A model generated the notes under the pieces. That model worked only from the letters and a program-made list of their open reading frames with translations, was not told where the DNA came from and ran no database searches. DNA of 21,401 nt from Chthoniobacterales bacterium (GTDB taxonomy: Bacteria > Verrucomicrobiota > Verrucomicrobiia > Chthoniobacterales > UBA10450): positions 1 to 21,401 of the forward strand of contig DATLNB010000063.1 of assembly GCA_035536995.1 (NCBI GenBank), written 5' to 3'. This document shows, piece by piece, positions 15,120-21,401 of this stretch (positions are counted from its first letter, which is position 1; each line of letters begins with the position of its first letter). Position numbers and translations under genes: made by a program.

Positions 15120-15844
15120 GCCGGCTCGTTCGCCCCGTAGTACCAGCGGTGGAGAGTGATCGGCGAAACGCCGGCCTTGAAGAAGAGGAGAAAGAGGCCG
15201 TTTTGGATGCTCGTCCGCCACGCCCCCTTGCGTTGATGATGCCGCGCCGACGAGCGAACCGGCGGATCAAGCAGCGCGATTTTCCCGGCCCGGCGCAACC
15301 TTTTTGAAAACTCGACGTCTTCCATCAGTGGGATCGGGGCGAACCCCCTCAGCTGCATAAACACTTCGCGCCGGACGAAGATGGTCTGGTCGCCGAAGAG
15401 AGTTCCACCGTGGTGCCCACGCCAGCGCGCGACCCTCTCCAGCCATCTCAAGCGCGGATGGCGGTCATCGAATTTGCGATGAAAGGCGCCTCCTACTACG
15501 GCGGTGTCCGACAACGCAGTTTCGATGGCCTGCAAATGTAATTCACTGAATTCAGTATCGGCGTGCTGGAAGATGAGGACGTCGCCGGCAGCGAGTGAAG
15601 CGCCGAGGTTCATTTGTTCGCCGCGGTTGGGGCGCGGCACGCAGACGATGCGCACCTTTGTGGAAGCGGGGCCGTTTATGAAGTCGTTGGGACGGCACGG
15701 CGGCCGTCCCTCCACCGGAACGTCCACGACGATGATTTCTACGCGGCCCGAAAGCGTGGAGAGCCTGGGGAGCAGCGTGGAAAGATTCTCGGCGTCGCGC
15801 CACGCCGGAATCACGAAGCTGACAGCCGGGCTTTCCGCGCTCAC
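15116..15844 (-). CDS. Family-2 glycosyltransferase-like protein of the radical-SAM/selenodomain-associated (TIGR04283-like, 'arsenosugar biosynthesis glycosyltransferase') type
   Basis: Signatures are VSFVIPAWRDAENLSTLLPRL..VEIIVVD, LIFQHADTEF, GGAFHRKF and FGDQTIFVRREVFMQLRGFAPIPLMEDVEFSKRLRRAGKIALLDPPVRSSARHHQRKGAWRT. I place the start at GTG 15844, which overlaps the upstream stop (GTGA). The track ORF extends to 15994 inside the upstream gene. Confidence 0.7.
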   Translation of the reverse strand: MSAESPAVSFVIPAWRDAENLSTLLPRLSTLSGRVEIIVVDVPVEGRPPCRPNDFINGPASTKVRIVCVPRPNRGEQMNLGASLAAGDVLIFQHADTEFSELHLQAIETALSDTAVVGGAFHRKFDDRHPRLRWLERVARWRGHHGGTLFGDQTIFVRREVFMQLRGFAPIPLMEDVEFSKRLRRAGKIALLDPPVRSSARHHQRKGAWRTSIQNGLFLLFFKAGVSPITLHRWYYGANEPA

Positions 15845-17274
15845 TCGAGCGGGCTGGCGGGCTGCGGTTGTTTTCTGAGCTCCGGGTCCTGGAGCCGCTC
15901 GCTGTACACGTCGCTCCAGGTTTGCTGATTCATCGCGCACATCGGCACGGCTTCCCACTCTCCGTTGCGTTTTACTGCGCCTTTGAACACGCACGAATCC
16001 AGCCGCGCCCGGATAACCGGATCCGTCGTCGCGCTGGCGACCTTTTCCGAGCCCATGAAGTTATGCATCCCAACACCGAGCGTGTGGACCTTGCCCCGCA
16101 ACAACGACTGAAAAATTTCTCGCGGCGCGTTCCGTGAACGGAGATACCGGATCATCCTGGTAGCGACCCGCGCCAACAGAACAGGGTTCTTGAAGAGCAC
16201 CCCGGCGAGACGATAGGGCGGCGTCCCGGCGTCGTCGTTGACCAGGGAAAGGCCGCCAATCTCGCGGAGGACTTCGCCTAACAGGTCGTCGAACTCCGGA
16301 TCGTCGGGCAGGAGCGGGAAATATTTCCCGGACGGTCGCGCGATCAGGAGGGAGGCCCAGCTGTTGCAATCCGGGTGACCAAAAATGGAGACGTCGCGTC
16401 GGAGCGGGAGGCCCACGCCTTCGCAGATCTTTTCCCAGACGTCCGCCGAGGTAATCGGGTTTTGCGAAAAAAGGGTCCGGCCGGTGTCCGCTTCCGGTTG
16501 GAAGCTGAGCATGCGCCAGATATAACTGCGTTGCGGATCGGCCAAATACCAGCGGATCACTTCCGGGACGTCGGCGAGATTACGGCGCGTCACCGTGAAG
16601 CTGAGGGCGTATTCGAGGATGAACCCCGTCTTCGCTCGAATTCCGAGCGCCAGGTCGGTAAAAGCTTGTCGGACGGGATGCAGGTCCGCTTCGCATTTGA
16701 TCCGGCCGATCGGATATCCGTGCCGGCCGGCCTGCGTCATGTCCACGTGGACCGAGATCTGGCGAAGCCCCCCTTCCACCACGAGGCGTTCCAAAAATTC
16801 CGGATGCTCGATCAGGGTCTGGCCATGCGTCATTAGCATCGGGATCGAACCAACCGAGTACGCATAACGGACGATCTCGATGAGCTCATCGGCGCGGCCC
16901 GATCTCCAATAGGCGTCGGCAACATCCCCACCCGTGATTTGAAGCCCACCCCCCGGACCTTGGAACCGCCGGTTCGCATCGATCTGTTCCCGGACCTGCG
17001 CCAGCGAAGGGATCGGAATCGAGTTGGCGTTTTTCGGGAGGTAACAATGGGTGCAGTGAAACGAGCAATAGCTTGCGCCGAGAGTGAAGCCGCAGTGGGT
17101 CAGGTGGCGCCCGGAGATCTGGTTGTTGGTTTGAAGCTCTGGCGGGAGCGAGTCCCACCGCTCCCTGAGCACCCGGGCCTTTTCCTCTACAATCGGCTGC
17201 CGAAAGGCCTGCCAGCGCTGCCGCCACCGGGACGGCCGCGACGTTTCGGTTTGAGGATGCGCGAGCGAGACCAT
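15841..17274 (-). CDS. Radical SAM enzyme, uncharacterised 477-aa family
   Basis: CSFHCTHC (CX3CX2C; residues 70-77, nt 17044-17067) is followed by a GGE-like motif, LQITGGDV. I recognise no B12-binding domain and no SPASM/twitch Cys cluster. It starts 4 nt after the DUF547 stop and overlaps the GT start by 4 nt. Confidence 0.75.
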   Translation of the reverse strand: MVSLAHPQTETSRPSRWRQRWQAFRQPIVEEKARVLRERWDSLPPELQTNNQISGRHLTHCGFTLGASYCSFHCTHCYLPKNANSIPIPSLAQVREQIDANRRFQGPGGGLQITGGDVADAYWRSGRADELIEIVRYAYSVGSIPMLMTHGQTLIEHPEFLERLVVEGGLRQISVHVDMTQAGRHGYPIGRIKCEADLHPVRQAFTDLALGIRAKTGFILEYALSFTVTRRNLADVPEVIRWYLADPQRSYIWRMLSFQPEADTGRTLFSQNPITSADVWEKICEGVGLPLRRDVSIFGHPDCNSWASLLIARPSGKYFPLLPDDPEFDDLLGEVLREIGGLSLVNDDAGTPPYRLAGVLFKNPVLLARVATRMIRYLRSRNAPREIFQSLLRGKVHTLGVGMHNFMGSEKVASATTDPVIRARLDSCVFKGAVKRNGEWEAVPMCAMNQQTWSDVYSERLQDPELRKQPQPASPLE

Positions 17275-17278
17275 TTCT

Positions 17279-18016
17279 CTATTTAACTTCGTTCAACGCC
17301 CAATCGTAATTTTGGTAACTGATTTTCACGTCAGCGGGAAGCGGCTTCGAACGCCGCTTGTTGATGAACGCCACCGGCCCACCGTCTTTGAAGTCATCCT
17401 TGTACCAATCAAAAATCTTGGAAAGCTCGGCCGTCTTCGCCCCCTCCTGCCAGGCCACGCCTCTGGGGCTGTTCACGAAGCTGCGGGAAAGGCGCTCCAG
17501 TTGTGAATCGAGGTTCCCGCCCCGATAAGCTTCCGAGCTGAGAGGGGGGCAGCTCTGGCTCGCGCAATTAAGGGCAAAATGAATCCGAGGTTCGGAGAAC
17601 TTCGAACGGATCGTTTCCTTCTCGAGCGCGTTGAAGCTCGTCTGTTCGCCCGCCACCTTGATTCGTTTGCTGGTGAAGAAAGTAAAGAGCGCGTCCTTCA
17701 CGCTTTTGGTCGGATATTTTTCGAGCGCTTCGTGCAGGATCCACGCGTTGTAAGCGTTGATGTAGAAGGCAAGCTGGTCGTTCCGGCTCATCGCACCCAC
17801 GTTCGCCGAACCGATTCCATCCACGACCGTCTGCAAATCTTTCATGTCCCCTGCGTTACTTTTCCACGCCGCGTATTTTACTCCCCCGTTGCTGACATAT
17901 TTTTTCAGGAGCCGATCGTAGGTATCGGTCCAATTATCAGCCGCGTCGATTCGGCTGGCTGCGATCGTCAGGCCGACTAAAACAAGGAGGAACAATGAGC
18001 CGGATCGAGTGCGCAT
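17279..18016 (-). CDS. Secreted DUF547-family protein
   Basis: DUF547 signatures are LAFYINAYNAWILHEALEKYPTKSVKD and EPRIHFALNCASQSCPPL, with IFDWYKDDF near the C-terminus. The start is placed at ATG 18016 (MRTRSGSLFLLVLVGLTIAASRIDAADNW, a signal peptide). The track ORF extends to 18115 with an Arg-rich leader. Confidence 0.75.
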   Translation of the reverse strand: MRTRSGSLFLLVLVGLTIAASRIDAADNWTDTYDRLLKKYVSNGGVKYAAWKSNAGDMKDLQTVVDGIGSANVGAMSRNDQLAFYINAYNAWILHEALEKYPTKSVKDALFTFFTSKRIKVAGEQTSFNALEKETIRSKFSEPRIHFALNCASQSCPPLSSEAYRGGNLDSQLERLSRSFVNSPRGVAWQEGAKTAELSKIFDWYKDDFKDGGPVAFINKRRSKPLPADVKISYQNYDWALNEVK

Positions 18017-18981
18017 GCTTCCAGTTCGCACCCGTTGCCTCCGTCGGGCAAGCCAAAAGCGTATTCTCCCCCCACCGTCTATTCCTTTGCATCGCCGTTC
18101 TTTGGTTTGTGGCAAACACCGCGAACGCCACGACCGTCTGGATCGATACCGATGTTTCCATCGGATCCCCGTTTCGGGAGGTGGACGACGCGTTTGCGCT
18201 GCTCCTCGCCTTTCGCTGTCCGGAGCTCCAAATCGCCGGGGTGAGCACGAGTTACGGGAACGCCCCCCTCCGAATGACGACCGCGTCGGCGCGGAAGCTT
18301 TTCGCGCAGCTCAATCCCGAGACGCCGGTGTTTCCCGGGGCAGCCTCACGGAATGACGTGGCGACCAGAACGGAAGCATCGGAAGCGCTCGCTGCTGCAT
18401 TACGCAGAAAAGGCGCTCTCACCTACGTAGCTCTCGGTCCGCTTACGAATTTGGCTGCGTTTCAAACGCTTCATCCCGCGCTCTCCCGCAAAATCGACCG
18501 AGTCATATTCCTTGGAGGGACAACTCCTGCGACAACCCTTCGTTTCGGATCGCGCCATCCGATTCGCATTCACGACGCGAACGTGGTGAAAGATCCGGAG
18601 GCGGTTGAGCGGATCCTTTGTCGGGGAAAACCGTTCACACTTATCCCGGTCGAAACCGCGGCGAAATTGACGCGGAACGCGGCAGAGCTCGATTCCTTGC
18701 GACGCGACCCAGCTGGCGATTTCGTTCAGGCCCACAGCCGCGTCTGGCTCTGGTTTTGGACAAAATTTGTGGGAACGAGCGGAGCCCCAATCTTCGATGC
18801 AGCGGCGATTCTGGCTGCGGCCGATCCGGCTTCGATGAAGATGGCAAAGCGTTTCGCGGAAATAAACGCAGTCGGAGAGCTTGTCGTGTCGAACGACCCC
18901 CGTGGGCACTCGGTTTCGCTTGCGGTTGAAGTCCGCCAGCGCGGTTATGCCTTGCTCGAGAGAAGGCTTGGCGCTCGCTGA
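17995..18981 (+). CDS. Nucleoside hydrolase (inosine/uridine-preferring IUNH fold) with a probable N-terminal signal/anchor
   Basis: The N-terminal Asp cluster WIDTDVSIGSPFREVDDAFALLLAF..PELQIAGVSTSYGNAPL is a DxDxxxDD motif with a 6-residue insert. The later APIFDAAAILAAADP corresponds to the metal-binding Asp region. A hydrophobic segment, LFLCIAVLWFVANTANA, precedes the domain. ATG 17995 is the only canonical start upstream of that segment. Confidence 0.7.
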   Translation: MSRIECACFQFAPVASVGQAKSVFSPHRLFLCIAVLWFVANTANATTVWIDTDVSIGSPFREVDDAFALLLAFRCPELQIAGVSTSYGNAPLRMTTASARKLFAQLNPETPVFPGAASRNDVATRTEASEALAAALRRKGALTYVALGPLTNLAAFQTLHPALSRKIDRVIFLGGTTPATTLRFGSRHPIRIHDANVVKDPEAVERILCRGKPFTLIPVETAAKLTRNAAELDSLRRDPAGDFVQAHSRVWLWFWTKFVGTSGAPIFDAAAILAAADPASMKMAKRFAEINAVGELVVSNDPRGHSVSLAVEVRQRGYALLERRLGAR

Positions 18982-19052
18982 CGGTTGCTTCAGGTGGGGT
19001 CCCGTAACAGGCTTGCACAGCGTGAAGCGATCTTTCATCATCGGGCGAAAAC

Positions 19053-20174
19053 ATGGCCATCCTTGTCGCTCTGTTCGTCGCGACCTGTTTCCTCGCCTAC
19101 TCCAACGGGGCGAACGATAACTTCAAAGGCGTTGCCTCGCTTTATGGGTGCCGGGCGGCCAATTATCGCACAGCGATTAGTTGGGCCACAATCACCACGT
19201 TTGCCGGCTCCATCGCGTCCATTTTTCTCGCGCAAGCCTTGTTGAAAAGGTTTTCCGGCAAAGGCCTCGTGCCGGATAGCTTTGTCGGCACTGAAACGTT
19301 TCTGCTCAGTGTTGCCATGGGCGCAGCCATCATTGTTATCCTGGCGACGTGGCTAGGATTTCCCATTTCAACAACACACGCGCTGACCGGCGCAATCGTG
19401 GGGTGCGGCCTCGTGTCAGTCGGAACGGGAGTGAACTTCGGGGCCCTGGGCAAAGGCTTTGTCCTGCCTCTCTTGCTCAGTCCGTTGGTCGCCATCCTTC
19501 TCGGCGCGTTGATCTATTTTATCCTCCGCGGCTTCCGGCTGATTTGCGGCGTTAAGAAAGAATTGTGTATTTGCCTCGGCGCGGAAGAACGCGTTGTTGC
19601 TCTGCCGCAGCCGCATTCCATTCTGGCCTTCCAAACCTCGCGCGCCATTACTTTGACCGTTGATCAGGAGGAGAGCTGCCAGGAACGTTATGCCGGATCG
19701 ATGCTTGGCCTGACCGCGCAACAAATCATGGATGGCGCCCATTTTCTGAGTGCGGGAGTAGTGAGTTTCGCGCGCGGCCTCAACGACACGCCGAAGATCG
19801 TCGCCATGCTCCTTCTCCTGAAAGCGATGGACATTCGCTGGGGATTTTTCGCGGTCGCAGTCACGATGGCGGTTGGCGGGTTATTGAACGCGCGCCGGGT
19901 CGCTGAGACAATGAGCCACAAAATCACCGCCATAAATCACGGGCAGGGACTCTCGGCGAATCTGACGACCGGTCTCCTCGTCATCATGGCAAGTGTGTTC
20001 GGGCTCCCGGTCTCGACCACCCAGGTCTCGGTTGGCGCGCTCTTCGGAATGGGCGTGATCACCGGGCAAGCCAACCTGCGGGTGATGGCCAACATTGTCC
20101 TCTCGTGGCTCATTACATTACCGTGTGCCGCGATTATTAGCGGTGCCGCCTACGCCCTCCTGAAAAACCTGTGA
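19053..20174 (+). CDS. PiT (PHO4) family inorganic anion (phosphate/arsenate-type) transporter
   Basis: 373 aa and polytopic. It has the duplicated PiT signature: N-terminal YSNGANDNFKGVASLYG and C-terminal FARGLNDTPKIVAML. The central loop contains CIC and a third Cys. Confidence 0.8.
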   Translation: MAILVALFVATCFLAYSNGANDNFKGVASLYGCRAANYRTAISWATITTFAGSIASIFLAQALLKRFSGKGLVPDSFVGTETFLLSVAMGAAIIVILATWLGFPISTTHALTGAIVGCGLVSVGTGVNFGALGKGFVLPLLLSPLVAILLGALIYFILRGFRLICGVKKELCICLGAEERVVALPQPHSILAFQTSRAITLTVDQEESCQERYAGSMLGLTAQQIMDGAHFLSAGVVSFARGLNDTPKIVAMLLLLKAMDIRWGFFAVAVTMAVGGLLNARRVAETMSHKITAINHGQGLSANLTTGLLVIMASVFGLPVSTTQVSVGALFGMGVITGQANLRVMANIVLSWLITLPCAAIISGAAYALLKNL

Positions 20175-21151
20175 ACCTGACCGCGACCAACAGTTTCGCC
20201 CGCCGCCTGGCCGAGCACTCGTTGCCGCTCAAGCATGCAAAAACGGAAGTGCTCCAGATAAACGTTGGAAAGCTCTGCAATCTGACGTGCGTTCATTGCC
20301 ACGTGAATGCCGGTCCCAGGCGAAAGGAAATCATAAGCCGGGCGACTATTGACCAGCTGATCGACTGGCTGGCCAAGACTGATATCCCCACGGTCGATCT
20401 CACGGGCGGCGCTCCCGAAATGATTCCGGATTTCAAGTATCTGGTGACTCGACTCAAAGCCTTGACGCCGCCGCGCCATATTATTGACCGGTGCAATCTG
20501 ACGATCCTGCTCGAGCCCGGGTTTGAGGATTACGCAGAGTTTTTGGCCGAGCACCGAATCGAGATCATCGCGTCCATGCCCTGTTATTCGGCGGAGAACG
20601 TGAATGCCCAGCGGGGCGAGGGCGTCTTCGACGCGAGCATCAAGGCGCTTCAGCTTTTGAACTCGTTAGGTTACGGGACCCGGCCGGACCTGCCTCTCCA
20701 TCTTGTTTATAACCCGAACGGGGCTTTCCTCCCCAGCCCGCAGGAAGAGCTGGAAGCGGATTACAAGCGCGAGCTACAGGAACATTTCAAAATCACCTTT
20801 AACAGGCTCTACACGATCACAAACCTCCCGATCGCGCGCTTTGCGTCGTATTTGAAGAACAACAACCTGCTCGGTGATTATATGGCCCTGCTAAACGATG
20901 CCTTTAATCCTGCCACGGTGAACGGGTTGATGTGCCGGAACACGATCAATGTCAGCTGGCAGGGCGAGGTGTTCGATTGCGATTTCAACCAGATGCTGAA
21001 GCTGCCGTGGTCCGGCCCCGGCGAGAGCGGGGCGATGCATTTGTGGGATGTGGATCCAGCGCGGGTCGAGGAGCGCGAGGTCTTGATTGGCGACCATTGC
21101 TTCGGATGCACGGCGGGCGCCGGCTCCAGCTGCGGCGGCGCGCTGGTATAG
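20171..21151 (+). CDS. arsS: ArsS-type radical SAM protein with a Cys-rich C-terminal domain (TIGR04167-like 'arsenosugar biosynthesis radical SAM protein'), Cys form
   Basis: The radical SAM motif is CNLTCVHC (CX3CX2C; nt 20276-20299) in the context LQINVGKLCNLTCVHCHVNAGPRRKE. DLTGGAPE is the GGE motif. The C-terminal segment is CRNTINVSWQGEVFDCDFNQML...IGDHCFGCTAGAGSSCGGAL. The GTG start overlaps the PiT stop (ctGTGAac). Confidence 0.8.
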   Translation: MNLTATNSFARRLAEHSLPLKHAKTEVLQINVGKLCNLTCVHCHVNAGPRRKEIISRATIDQLIDWLAKTDIPTVDLTGGAPEMIPDFKYLVTRLKALTPPRHIIDRCNLTILLEPGFEDYAEFLAEHRIEIIASMPCYSAENVNAQRGEGVFDASIKALQLLNSLGYGTRPDLPLHLVYNPNGAFLPSPQEELEADYKRELQEHFKITFNRLYTITNLPIARFASYLKNNNLLGDYMALLNDAFNPATVNGLMCRNTINVSWQGEVFDCDFNQMLKLPWSGPGESGAMHLWDVDPARVEEREVLIGDHCFGCTAGAGSSCGGALV

Positions 21152-21191
21152 CCGAACTCGTCCATCAAGGGGCCGGGATCAACGATCGCGG

Positions 21192-21401
21192 CTACAGTTT
21201 CGCCTTATTGCGCCAGGCGATCTCCAGCGCGGATTGCAGCGTGGCCTTATCAACTGCGTCCAGGCGGACGGTCGTGCTCCCCTGTTTTCCCCAGGCCCCT
21301 TTGGCAGGGGCAAACACTTTCGGGTGAGCGTTAGTCAGCCTCGCCTGTTCTAGCGGCGGCAAGACAACCATGCCGTGCTTCTCATCTGGGTAACCGAGAC
21401 T
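21192..21401 (-). CDS. Hypothetical protein, C-terminal 69 codons only (5' end outside the window)
   Basis: Hand translation of the reverse complement from the window edge gives SLGYPDEKHGMVVLPPLEQARLTNAHPKVFAPAKGAWGKQGSTTVRLDAVDKATLQSALEIAWRNKAKL*, with stop TAG at 21194-21192. It is convergent with arsS. I cannot name the family with confidence. Confidence 0.5.
   Translation of the reverse strand, partial: SLGYPDEKHGMVVLPPLEQARLTNAHPKVFAPAKGAWGKQGSTTVRLDAVDKATLQSALEIAWRNKAKL

Noticed and set aside
20171-21151. Possible selenocysteine (in-frame TGA) form of the ArsS-type protein, since some family members are selenoproteins.
   Set aside because: The ORF is uninterrupted and the C-terminal motif reads GSSCGGAL with Cys. 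I saw no in-frame TGA and no need for recoding.
1-21401. Classical ars resistance operon components (ArsR, ArsC, ArsB/Acr3, ArsA/D, ArsH, ArsP) expected near an arsM gene.
   Set aside because: No ORF in the track has the corresponding signatures. The only transporters are TauE-family and PiT-family. I report the absence as context, not as a feature.

Overview
This is a high-GC bacterial chromosomal segment, densely coded on both strands. I found no rRNA, tRNA or CRISPR. The protein repertoire, especially the NHL propeller with a recurrent C-terminal module, suggests a soil Verrucomicrobiota/Planctomycetota-like genome, but that is inference only.

The window has three parts.

(1) 1-9255 is housekeeping. 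It holds a metallophosphoesterase (partial), a secreted NHL-repeat propeller, tlyA-nadK, a small hypothetical, a CPBP protease, comF, accD-folC and pdxJ-acpS. Three of these are classic conserved gene pairs.

(2) 9321-10121 is a REP-associated tyrosine transposase (RAYT, IS200/IS605 Y1 family). Three copies of a ~78-bp element carrying a perfect 20-nt palindrome bracket it: two direct copies on the left and one inverted on the right. A ~20-bp-period degenerate tandem array follows.

(3) 10258-21151 is an accessory block, and its core looks like an arsenosugar-type organoarsenical biosynthesis island.
- It encodes an ArsM homologue with all four As(III)-binding cysteines.
- It encodes an ArsS-type radical SAM protein with a Cys-rich C-terminal domain, and a TIGR04283-like glycosyltransferase.
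- It also encodes unassigned partners: a second 477-aa radical SAM enzyme, a secreted DUF547 protein and a signal-peptide-bearing nucleoside hydrolase.
- Two phosphate/arsenate-uptake-type components are present: an OprO/P porin directly upstream of arsM, and a PiT transporter translationally coupled to arsS.
- No arsR, arsC, arsB/acr3 or arsA is present, which argues for biosynthesis rather than detoxification.

Three gene junctions (accD/folC, rSAM/GT, PiT/arsS) use the same GTGA start/stop overlap. All functional calls come from motif recognition by eye. No database search was run.
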